This document shows positions 25,201 to 36,644 of a DNA stretch of 64,000 bases, piece after piece. Position 1 is the stretch's first letter. Each line of letters opens with the position of its first letter. A model generated the notes under the pieces. It ran no database searches. It was not told the DNA's origin and saw only the letters and a list, made by a program, of their open reading frames with translations. The position numbers were made by a program, and so were the translations under genes. The stretch comes from Marsupella aquatica (lineage: Eukaryota; Plantae; Marchantiophyta), in NCBI GenBank assembly GCA_973895155.1, contig OZ316896.1:4903925-4967924 (forward strand). Reading direction: 5' to 3'.

Positions 25201-28157
25201 TGAGTTATCCCTACAATTTAAATTGTACAAGGGTTCATTTGTTTTCTCAACTAGTCTTCACAATTATTAAGCCTTGAACAAAGTTTCCTGGGGGTGCCAG
25301 CAGATGCAAAATTTCATCTAAATTGTCTGAGGGAAATACGAGATAAACAAGAATGACGACTATTGAGTAATCCTAATTAAGAGAAGAGAATGAATTATGG
25401 ACTCAAGATCCACAGACCTAATGTAAGAATGAATGTGAGAGAGGCGACCTCTCAATATGTCTAGACTGTTAGAGGCTTCAGAGTCGTTGGTGATTTTCGT
25501 TTTACAAATCAAGATAATTCAATTTCCACTCGTGCTGTCTGGATAGAATTTTTGGCGGCAGTCCGGGAAAACATGAAACCTTTGCAGTGACCGCGTAGTG
25601 GGAGGGGGGAATTGTACCCTACTGACCAAGAGTAACCATTTGCCACGCGGGTGGAAACCTAATAATTTGAGCCAGACAGATGCCTCTTGTCTGTCCATCT
25701 TGAAAGACTGGAAGCCTGCAATCAGAGATTCTTCTGGCGGCCATTTCACTGTTAAAAAAAAAGTACATAGCTTTTCTCCAATTTCTTTGGCACCCTGACA
25801 TGCTGACAGCATGCTGCTCATAGTTCATGTTATTGCTACTATGTCAATGTCAACGAGAAACAGTGATGGGATTTTTCTCTTCCATTACCTCTTGCAGACA
25901 ATCCAGACGCTTGAATCTGAGTGCGGTCTTGATACGTCGTTTCTGACAGGATTGCCAACAAAGGACAAGAAAATGGATACGTAGGTCTTGGTGCACCTTC
26001 ACCTGCAAGGATACTTCCAGTGAGTCTGAGGCTTTCGTTGTCTCGCCATATCAAAATAGTAGTCACGTTTGCAAAATTCCAGTGGATAGTTGGTGGTCCC
26101 CTTGTAAAGTTACAATTGCGTTCAATGTGCAGGATGACCATTATGTTTCTAACTGACTTTAATCCACTCTGTTCATCCTTGAAATATCAAGTCTAACCGT
26201 TTTCGTGTCACGGATGATTGTTGCAGGTTGACCTCGCTATTTTTGGTGGAGAGCTTACGATTTGTCAGGTGAGGTTTGGCTCTCATTTGTTTCTTTCATG
26301 TAGCCCTGTGCTGTGATGTGTGACTGCAAAATTCAGCTGTAGGTCCTGGACGATGTGTGCAATGAAAGGCCACGAAGGGCCGGTAGTTGCAGTGTAGTCC
26401 AATTTGTCTTATGTATGTCAATATATTTCTGAACCCTGAGTATGCGGATGTCTATCAGGCGTGGGGGTTAATTTTACAATGCGTTGGTCATAGCCTTCTT
26501 ACTTTCGTCCATTTCGGTCGGGATCCTCTCTCAAATAGTTAGCTAGAGTCTCAATTCTTTGCTGCCAAGTTTTGGAAACATCGCACAGGTGGGTAAGGAT
26601 ATTCAGTTTCAGAAATCCAAGGTACTTTGAACTCATATTGTAATATATAGTTAATGTTCGAGTACATCTGTACTCCTTCATAAGCAAAAGCGAGAAAGCT
26701 TGACGTCTCAGGAATTACCACCACAAGACCAAGGAATTGTGCATGCTTTGAAGAAAGGTCAGGGATTGTTGTACATAGTCCCAGGTGCTGTAGATCTAGT
26801 TCATAGAACCGTTTGCTGGTTAAAAGTAATAATATATGATATTTGTTCTTTTCCGTGTGGTACAGCGGGATTCCTTCTTATGTTCTCTAAATGAAGTTTC
26901 AATAGCTCCTGTTGTCACACGTCGGTTTAGGCCCGGATTGTTTGGAAGTGAGGTAAAACTTACTCTTCTTGGACGAGCTCCATATCTCTCCCTGGTTTTA
27001 AATCACAATTTACTTTCTTAAGCTCTTGTTAGTCAGGCTTTATTCAGATCCGTGAGACAATTCTTTAAGTTTATAGTTACGGTTGGCAACCTGAGGAAGT
27101 GCTGAGAAGAGTACGGTGTGGGAGTTACCCTCGTCCGTTATTTTAACTTCTGCATCCTTGAAAGGACAGGGTATCCCAGTGTGGATTTGTTATTGACATG
27201 AGTTCATATAATCGTCATCGCAGGGTTTTTTTATGCAGAAATTAGCTGGCCGTGGACTTGCCTTTGTTACTGCCGGGGGTTCAGGTAGGATCTTGACTTT
27301 ACCAAGTTCCACGAATCTTAGCTTGCTTTAATTATCGGAAGTGCTGGCCAGTAAAGTAAAAACCTGTGTGAATACCTATTCACAGTGGATAGCGCATTAG
27401 TTTGAGTGCACTTGGTGTTGGAAAGCTCATTTAGCCTCCAATTGTATGTTGCTGATTCTTCTTTCGTTATGACCTGGTAGTCAAGCTAATCTAAGAAGTC
27501 GTCGTAATAATTTTGATTTGTTGCTTTCCAGTCATTCAGAAGAATCTAGGCCGGGGAGAAATTTTAGTTGTTGATGCAAGCTGCCTTATCGCAATGACGA
27601 GCAGTGTTGAGTTGGACCTTAAGTATGCTGCCCCGTTAAAACGTGCTTTCTTTGGGGTAAGTGATCACTGTACCGCAAGTGTGCTTTAGTCTTTGCACAA
27701 GATTTGTTTGCTTAACTTTGCCATTCCCCAGAGATCTGGTAGAAGTTTGAAGGTAGCATTGTACTTGACCTTCGTGGCATTGTAATTTACTGTTCATGAC
27801 ATTCTGGAATTTTTGTTTTTCTTCTTGTTGAAATCTGTTGACAGGGTGAATGCCCTTTACACGCGAACCTGACTGGGCCGGGCGTGGTCTTTGTCCAAAG
27901 CTTGCCATTTTACCGCTTAGCTCATAAAATCGCCAGGCAAGTGCGACTTTCCACGTCTGTCCAGTCATTCGTTTGCGGTCTATGTTCTTCAACTTCGTTA
28001 TTGAAATTTACATGACCTTACTAGTGGTTGGATTTTCGTTTGCAGAGCGGTGTCAGCTCCGCATGTGCGAGACAATCCACGATTCTTCTTCCAGATTGCT
28101 GTCTTTTTCTTCCTAGCTTATGTCATGATTGTCTCATCTTTGATTTTGACTGAATAA
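22209..28157 (+). CDS. AIM24: AIM24-family (TRAP-like) protein, 282 aa, 11 exons, C-terminal transmembrane helix
   Basis: Exons: 22209-22256, 23529-23588, 23914-23953, 24256-24367, 25950-26019, 26227-26268, 26866-26952, 27224-27284, 27532-27656, 27845-27936, 28046-28157 (849 nt, phases consistent). The protein MAAPALSTPFQPYVYQSPQAVVTPFQIIGGEAQILQIMVKPEEKV...GSMCYMS...ARILPVDLAIFGGEL...FLCS...GLAFVTAGGS...LTGPGVVFVQSLPFYRLA...NPRFFFQIAVFFFLAYVMIVSSLILTE* matches plant AIM24 proteins. Confidence 0.92.
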
Positions 28158-28660
28158 CGATTGTCAAAACTTGCGTGGTTGTCCTGCTGAAGGGGATTGC
28201 CACAATTGGTAGGGTCTGCATTGGATTCAGTGCTCCTGTCTTCAGTACCAGGTCGTGTTTTTTAATGCCTTGGAGACCCCTTGTAGAGCCAGTCTAGGTA
28301 GTTGTTCATATAGTCCCCACAGACAGAGTAGATCCAAAGTCCTCCACAAACAAATAAGCATTCAAGAAACCAATCGATGTAAGCAATTTGGATTAGTATA
28401 CATGACTTGTGATTCTCTTCTCCACAACTGACAGCAGCCGTGCTTATGCTTTGAGTTGGAGGGTTGTCTCACCTTGAAATTGACAATGTCTGCCGGGACA
28501 GTGCTGACATTCTGCAAGTTGCCTCTTTCCTAGTGTTAATGGCAAGCATCTATGGGCCTCGTGGAAGACCTTCCCATTCCCATATGACTCTAGTGCCACC
28601 ACAGTTTTGGATGGTTGCCACCACAGTTTTGGATGGCACGTTTGTACGTAATAGATACTA

Positions 28661-28815
28661 AGCCAATGCCAGATCTGGAGCTTTTACAGGAAAACTATTG
28701 TAGACAGTTTAAGAATCTGATCAACTTGACTACAGAGCTGCTCAGCCAATGTCAGCCGTGGAACTTTCACAGAAAAACTATCTTAGACAGTTAAAAAATC
28801 TGATCAACTTGACTA
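28661..28815. repeat. 83-bp-period direct duplication
   Basis: AGCCAATG...AAAACTAT..TAGACAGTT...AATCTGATCAACTTGACTA occurs at 28661 and 28744. Confidence 0.8.
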
Positions 28816-29254
28816 TTCCAGGGACACAGATGGAAGAAAAAGTCCGAGCAAGTAACAGAATATTTCTGAGAGGAGTATTCTGAGAGTAAGTGGGATGTTT
28901 TGACTATTCCTGGGTAGGTGATGAAAGGAAAGTACGCTAGTAACAGAGTGCTTTCCTTCTAAGAGAAGTGTTAGGAACTTTCTTTAAGCAAGTAGGAAAA
29001 GGAAAAAGCAGTGAAATTTGTTTGTCTGTTGGACGCCATGTAAGAAGCCCTTGCAAGCTCTGCACCTGAGATAACGCTCGTAAGAGACATTGTTCTGCAG
29101 ACGGGGAGCATTTGGGATCACTAGAGCTTAAACCTCAAAACTATTATCCAATGTTGTTCATTGCACTTCCCTCATATGGACACTGAACCAAGTTATGTAG
29201 CACCTTCCCAGAATAGATTTACAAATTGGCTCGTTTATTAGCGTCACAAAAGAG

Positions 29255-29368
29255 CCCAGTCCAGAGTGCCAGTAGTGACAATAATTCTAAGAGCATAACT
29301 ACTAACGGGAACCCAGTCCAGATTGCCAGTGGTGACAATAATTCTAAAAGGATACTTACTAACAATAG
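29255..29368. repeat. 57-bp tandem duplication
   Basis: CCCAGTCCAGA(G/T)TGCCAGT(A/G)GTGACAATAATTCTAA occurs at 29255 and 29312. Confidence 0.85.
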
Positions 29369-32351
29369 ATGACTGCAACTACAATAAGCCAATAAAACCG
29401 TTGGAAACCAGCAATGGGACAAAATCATCTGACATTTCAAACTATTTTTTATAACTATATGATCCAAAATTATCACTATATGGATTATGGAAACAGCAAT
29501 GAACCATTGGCTTTTCTCTTGTTTGGTCTGAACCGAACATATTATTTCACAGGCAAATGAATACCAATAGATTAAGGTAAGCCAGACTATCAACGAGGCA
29601 ATCACCTCCAGATTTCTGAGAGGTGGAGGTAAGAGCACAAAAGCACCAAAGTAGGAAACCAGCAGAGATACAAAGCGATCACTATATTGACCCATTATTC
29701 CAGAGCAATCACAACCGCGTCGAGTTGGGCACAGGTTTCCATTTGTTGGTACTTAATTCTGCTCTCAGGTCTTGTATGATTGGGGTTCGCAGTTCTATTC
29801 ATTGATATGCCAACCGAGTCTTTCTGGCTAGACAATCCTGTCGTTACGAAACCCAAGCAGAACAATTCGACATGAAGACTCCACCTACTTTCGGCCCAAG
29901 CCAGAGTGTTATTTTGTTTCCAGTGCTTTCTCATTACTCACAACGCAATCTGCGGCTCAGGCCAGGGTGTACTGTTTGTTTGCAGCGCTTCTCCGTTACC
30001 TCAGAATGGGTTGGACGATGATGCTACCGAACTTCACGCTCTACTGTAACAAGTTTGGCATAATCATTTGAGAGGGCCTATGTAATGACCGAGGAATATG
30101 GTAGCCTTACTCCACATATTCGCTTCGGCGTCATTGCTCTGTGCCTTTAATGAGAACTAAGGTTTCGTAAAGGTACTCTGAGTGTCATAAATAGACGAGA
30201 GGGCACACGTCACGAAAAGCAACGTATTCGTTCACTAAGAATTGCCATCACGTGTCCAGCGAAGCTTTTGGTAGTGGAATAACCTTTTTTTAAGGCCGTG
30301 TTATGATTACGTCGATGATCAGAAAGACCGTCCTGGCGTGAAACGTTACTTATAAATGAACTGTTCCAAGACATCAATGAAGGAATCCATGGCACGTGCC
30401 AGAGAGCTTTAAAAACTCCCCGTCACCGAAAACCCGGGAAACTCTACACCGTAGACAGTAGCAAAGTTGGGACATCACATCCTTCGAAAGACTTGTCTCA
30501 ACTATAAGTACTTAGTTCAGCTGTACACACCGGTAACGAGACAACTCACTGCCTTAAGCACCCTTACCCAGTTACCCTAGACGCTCCAGAGGACATTTGT
30601 TGATTTGCCTCAGAAGATTCAATTCGTCAATATCCATCACACCCGGGGAGTACGATCCCACAGGCGGAAAGACCCAATGATAAGGGAGGGAGAACTGAAG
30701 GCCCCGAGAAGACCCAATAGGCCTACCAAGCCAAAGAGTCCCCCACAACAACAAAAAGTCCATTAAGAAGCTGAAAACTGTTTCGTCGGAACTGTCTTGT
30801 TCACAGGGAAATCCCGCTGGCGTGAGTACGTGAGGGGCGGAAGACTACCCAAAGCTAACTTATTCTTTTGCGCTTGACGTCCGTGCACACACGAGGAACG
30901 TTCTCTTTTAAACATAATGACAGTTGACGAAGTGCCTGCTCGAGGAAGACAGGATGATAAGCGAATTCTCCTCCATCACTTTCACCATTCTCAACACCTC
31001 ACTTGTCTCTTTGGAATCGAGCTTCGCTATGTCTACGGACAAAAACAGAAGATACAACTCGGACGACGAGAACAACCTCATCCTCTTCAAGAGGATACTG
31101 CCCCGTCCCAAGACTATCACCTCGCCCAGCAATACATTCACAAGGTCACTTGTGGTGCGTACATGTGTGATTACAAAATGCAGTGTCGTCCATCGTCACA
31201 AATCCTGAGATGTCACTCAGAAGTAATCCTGCCGAGCCTATGTAAGTACAACTAAAAACAAATGCTGTCCACCTACTCTCCCACTCTCGTGACAGTAAGC
31301 TACTAATAACACCTTGAATCAGACTACAAAGCAAACTTCCATTCATTCATCCCAAGTCGATACCCATTACGAATCATATGGGCGTAATACAGTAAGTTAT
31401 CAAGGTGTAAGCGAAATGCCAATAAAGGAGCAGCGATTACAAGAACGTCAATAAGTGCCTACAGAAATTGCAAGCGCCAGCAAAAGTAGCAGGTGCAGAA
31501 CGCCGTTGAAGTATTCAAAAAATTTCAAAATAATATAATTTACCATGATTCAGGCAACCGGTAGTAGGCCAAGTGTGATCGAAAATATATATATCAACAA
31601 CACAGATCAACTCTACTTGACATAAGAATGTAGCTAAGATGCTGCACGCCGTTCCAAAAACTATGACTTCAATTGGGAAATGTGGGTCCCATAAATTTAG
31701 CCGGCAGAAGATTGATAAAGAGCATCACCACAATCTTCAGACAACCGAGCACCCTATTTCCAGATGTGCCTCGTTGAAAGAAATAAGTATTCAAATCGTC
31801 AAGAGAACCTACTTCACAGTTTCTCAGTATACTTCCAGAAGGGTTGATAAAACAGAAGGCCGGTGGACGCCATTCCTATTGTGAGCTTTCTGGTAGACAG
31901 GAGTGACGGACTACAGAGACAAGCTACTCCTGCTGATGGGTAGTATACCAGAAAGAGCATACAAGAATCTTATTTCACAAAGGAGGTGCCGCAACATAAT
32001 CCAATATGTTGAACATGCCCTGAATAGTGAATAGTTGCAGACTCGACATCTCGTAGCCCGATGGACCGTGCCATCCCATGGGATACAATACATAGCCCAA
32101 TCAATAATTAAATCAATTGATCCAATGGGATGGGACAAGCCCACGACATGGATATATATTAGGCGTCCTACAAAGACGCGCCTACCTCGTAGACCATCCC
32201 ATCTCAAAGGATGCAACATCCACACCAATACTGGAGAAAGCTCTATTAGCTTGTGGACCATCCATCCAGAGAGATGGCACGTCATGGGAGTAAGAGGTAA
32301 GCCAACGCAGACTACAAGGCTTTGACAGTGCTCCCCTGACTCGTCGGGTAC

Positions 32352-34349
32352 TTACAGACTCAGCTGGCTAAGTACCTGGCGTGAAGCAGCCTCTCCTTCC
32401 TTTGAGTCATTTTCAGAATCCTCAGGATCAGGACGGCGGGGAGGTGCAGAGCTCACGGTCACCATTTGACGAACCCGCACTGGTGGGGCCATACCGGCCC
32501 CAGGAGGAACTATACGCGCACCCATCATAGGAGTAGACTGCAAATTCCACCATTGTGGAGCATGCCTCGACCACATCATTGGATTGTAAGAGTTCTGGGC
32601 CATAGACGCACTCCGATCTTTCTCGCTGTTGTCAATGCTCTCAGATTCATTCTTGGGCTTCGGAGTTTCACCTCGTAGCCATTCATCTTCGTCCCTTTGA
32701 TGTTCTTCCAAAGGTATGGAGACCTCATGCGGATCTCTCCGCTTAGACATGGGAATGGAGCCCATATTGACACGTCGAACATTGACCATACTGCTCGCCG
32801 CCCTGCTGGCAGCGAGCGCTTCTCTAGAGAGCCCTGCTGTGTCGCGTACAGGAGACGAGGTGGATGCATTAGTTCGTTGGGCCATCATGGCACGATATGG
32901 CGGACCAGATTTGAGAACGTTTGGATGCGGAGGCGGTTGGCTGTGCATAAAACGTTGTCCTTGGAGAGAATCCTGGCTTTCCGCCATCCAAGACCCAGAA
33001 TGGTACTGCCCGACAGAAGGAGCCGAGCCTCCCTGCCCGCCTCTCTCCCGCACTGTGACTCTGACCCTACTAGACGGAGCTGGAGTTTGCGGTGGAGGTT
33101 GCAAGTGCTGTCCACTAGATGGAAGGACGGTTTTCTCGTCTTTCCCATAGTAGATGGCGAGAGCTCGCGCAATAGTGTTCTGCTCCTGCTCCTCTGTCAC
33201 TTCCGACTCCGGTATCGGAGAAGTCGTCCGACCTTGATTAGCAACTGAAACATACATCCAGGCCAGAACATACAATCAACACATGCGCAACAGCAATGGA
33301 AATACATCTAACACAACCTTCGTTACACTTACATTTCAGCGAAAACGATGAGCACGTTGTCGTAAGTCATATGGTCGGCAACTATACCGACCATGAAAAC
33401 CTAGTAAAGCAATCAAACTACCAAAAGCTGAAACTTTTGTATTCAATAGGGGTCATACAGGAGTGAACCGGTCTCCCAGAACATGCATCGCACTAAAGTC
33501 TCACCGCACGGGAACGACTCATAGTCTGGGCATAGATACAACATGATCGCCGATCCACAAACCACCCTCACAACCGTCCATGGAACTAGCACAACGTGCA
33601 AGAGCTCGACTACGAAAGACCAGACACCCACTCGTTCTAGCTGACCGTATCGACGAGGAGCACGCACTCGCAGTCAGCCAATCTAGATACCATGATAAAG
33701 TCGAACAAAACTAGACGACACAGATGAAAGAGTACTAAGAGGCGATAGACAGATGAAGCATCCATACATTGCTTTAGAGCTGACCAAGCTGCCATAGCGG
33801 CGTTCTTCTCTGCTTGCTTCTTCGTCTTAGCGGCTTCGCCATCGAACTTCATTCCTGCAAGCTCTACTTGGCAAGTGAAGACGGGCAGATGACCCGGTCC
33901 CGATCGGGTCGTAGTATACACTGGGAGAGACACTCCAGCCCGCTGTGCTGTCTCTTGCAAAAGGTTTTTGCAAACCCCCGTCTCATCCTGCAGAAACGAA
34001 CATTTGCCATCATCAATGCTATTCGTCCATGCATTCAAACGAAAGGTAGAGACACAAGGGAAAAAACCCACATGACCAACCTATCCCAAGGAGAGCGTCA
34101 TACCAGGATTCTTGCTGCAAGAGACTGCGAGGGACCCCTTCGGGATAATGTATTCAACGCAACCTCGGCAGCCGCATGTTCGGCTTGCCGCAGGGTGCTG
34201 CAATAATTAGGGCTCTCGAAAATTTCCCCATTGAAGTTCACGGTGGCCTTAAACCGGGGGGCATGGTCAGGACCTTCTCTGATACACGCATAGGCGGGTA
34301 GATTGAAGCAGCTCCTCTGAGCAAGCTCTTGAAGCTGGTTTTTGTACAT
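32352..34349 (-). CDS. DRB2: Double-stranded RNA-binding protein, DRB2/3/5 clade, 452 aa, 3 coding exons
   Basis: Exon 34349-34104 is dsRBD1 (MYKNQLQELAQRSCFNLPAY...ARIL). Exon 33987-33768 is dsRBD2 (DETGVCKNLLQETAQRAG...AAWSALKQ). Exon 33244-32352 is the tail with GMAPPVRVRQMVTVSSAPP. Introns are GT-AG and the total is 1359 nt. A splice acceptor 2 nt before the ATG suggests a 5'UTR intron. Confidence 0.92.
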
Positions 34350-35239
34350 ACCTGCCAATGACATCAATTCCACGAGCTTCTTAAGTGGCAGTACATCGCA
34401 TGTTATCACCCAAGGTATCACAACCGACGACCCCCATGCAAATGAAAGCAATCGGCCCGATTGCTGGGAAGGACCGCTTGTGGCACGGCAAGAGTCAGTG
34501 GTAGAGGACACATCTCCGTCACTGCTGTTCCCGCTCCTCAAGTCCAATGCGTTCTTCTACTACTACAAACCTCACAGAAGTATGACCGCTCCAACGCCGA
34601 TGTTCCATACAATCGGCGATCGACATGTCTTCCCGCACTTAGTGCACCCGCTAGACTAGAATGTTCGTAATGGGACCACTCATATTCCTCTATTTAATAA
34701 AGGTTCCCAGTCCAATGCTCGGCGTTGGTCGCTTTCTAATCAGCCGCTTAGCCGTTCTCTTGGTACACTGTTGAAACGTGTGGGGCTACAGCTTCCCCTG
34801 ATACACCACCAAGGAGCTCGAGCAAGAGACTTTGAACAGAAGGCAAGCCACGACAGAGCAAAGAGAACGCGTTCGCCCCATTCCCTCCCTGCAATCCGAC
34901 GACCAAAAAGCAATATCAACTCATTCAACACGATGTCCCTCGACCTAGCCTTTCATATCGCCATCCAGCTCCGCTAAGGCTCCTCGTAAGGGTCCCCTGC
35001 CAGTCCCTCTATCACCTCAGAGATATCCTTCTCGTACAATGGATATCGACAACGGTTCCACCGTCATCGAAGACATAACTTGCTGTCAAGCAAGAGCCGG
35101 CTCGACGACTCAGAGACCGATGGAGAAGTCCAAAAACCTTCACAGAATAACAAATGCAATGAAACACCAAAATGATACGATGCTCCTCGCGATGTCTCAC
35201 CTCTGGTAAAGACAGAATGCACCTCTGCAAGGTGCGGCC

Positions 35240-36020
35240 TTCACCACATGAGCAGCCTCTGTCCGCCTCTCCCACCACCATATACTGCTCCCTCCACAAT
35301 TTCTCTCGTCCTTTTTCTCCGCCCTGTGCACTCACCACCTTCTGTCCTTCCTTCCTCCCTTGCTGGTTGGTTCGTTCGTTCGTTCGCTCGCTCGTTCCTC
35401 AGCAATCTGCACTTGAGAGGGCACCACCTCCTCCTTTTCCTCGTCCTAACCTCTCTAATCGCTCGCTCTGCTCTGCTCTGCTCTGCTTTTCTCTCTATTA
35501 CACCCACCTCTCCGAGATTTTCCTCGCCAAAACTGTCCTGCAGATGGCAAAACTTTCCCACCTCGATCGGTGCGGTGGAAACCTACAAGTTTAGTGCTCC
35601 ACCTTCGCTCCACTCTGCTCGGGAAGGTTGCACACTGCCGTAGCCACCACCATCACCAGGCTGTGGTGTGCTCCGCAGTGGAGTGCTGATGAGCTGATGA
35701 TGAGGTCCTCCTCCTCCTCCTCTCCTCCGCCTCCCTCCTCGTCTGCTTCCCCCGCCCCTCTCTCCGCTCCTCTCCTCTCCTCTCTGCGCTGTGTTATCTC
35801 CTCCCCCGTTTTTCTCCCGTCAATAATCGACTGGTACGAAGGCCGAGGAAGCTTTTGCTCCAACCCGGGCGGGCGGGCGGGAGGGAAGGGAGGGGGATGG
35901 ATGGCTGGATGATGACCGATTTCTCGTGCAGAGATGCAGTCGGGCGGTCGGGCGGGCGGGCAGGCGGGCGTGTGCGATGGCGGGCAGGCGCTTTTGCGGG
36001 CAGCTCGGCCCGCGGGCAAG
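35240..36020 (-). promoter_or_regulatory. Probable promoter/5'UTR of the DRB gene: GA/CT microsatellites and GGGC repeats
   Basis: (CTCTG)n, (TTCG)n and (TCC)n tracts, plus (GGGC)n/GGCG arrays at 35866-36015, upstream of the DRB ATG. Confidence 0.5.
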
Positions 36021-36351
36021 GGACTAGGGACCTAAGGGCAATTTACTAATTTTATTAAACCACAACTTGCCCTATATAAGGGGAAGTGTCCAAGAACTCC
36101 CCCTTTTTTCACATTTCAATCATGGTTCTCCTCTAGCATACCAGTTTGCTCCACAATTTCAAGAGAAATCTCCTTTTAATGGTAATTACGGGTAACCCAG
36201 TTGTGATTTAAGAGAAATTTACATAAGGGAGTTTTCTTTCTCGCCAGAGTGGCGAATGACACCTTGCGTGAAAAGAGAAGATGCTCAAAATTGTTATGTT
36301 TTTCATTTGTTCAGAATATTTTTTGGCCCTTAGATCTCCTTGAAGAGTAGT

Positions 36352-36644
36352 AGGAGGTTTCAAGTATGATGCGCAGGGAAGTGTCATAGCCATCCCGGTT
36401 CAGGTATGGATGGACACAGGCAAAAAATGTGGGATGCTCCCAGAGGCTAGCCTACACACTTGGGTCGTGGGATTTTATGGTTTCCTGGTGGTCACATCCA
36501 CCCCCACCACATCCTGGCTATTACAGGAACCAAAATAAATAAGCTCACAAAATCTGGGCACTAGTCAAACTCACTCGCAAAATACATTATAGGCATGGGC
36601 CCTATCCCATGGAAGAACAAATGGATCCATATTTGAGACCCCCT
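36352..36644. mobile_element. 293-bp MITE related to the 15462-21591 element
   Basis: The ends are AGT|AGGAGGTTTCAAGTATG and CATATTTGAGACCCCCT|AGT. The right TIR is identical over 16 bp to the large element's TIR, and the left TIR has 3 transitions. The TSD is AGT. Confidence 0.75.

Noticed and set aside
32466-33248. Plus-strand ORFs overlapping DRB, and minus-strand ORFs within NTMC2T5
   Set aside because: Antisense shadows of real coding exons.
35012-36049. Cluster of 60-140 aa ORFs upstream of DRB
   Set aside because: Microsatellite and GC-rich promoter/UTR sequence with simple-repeat translations.
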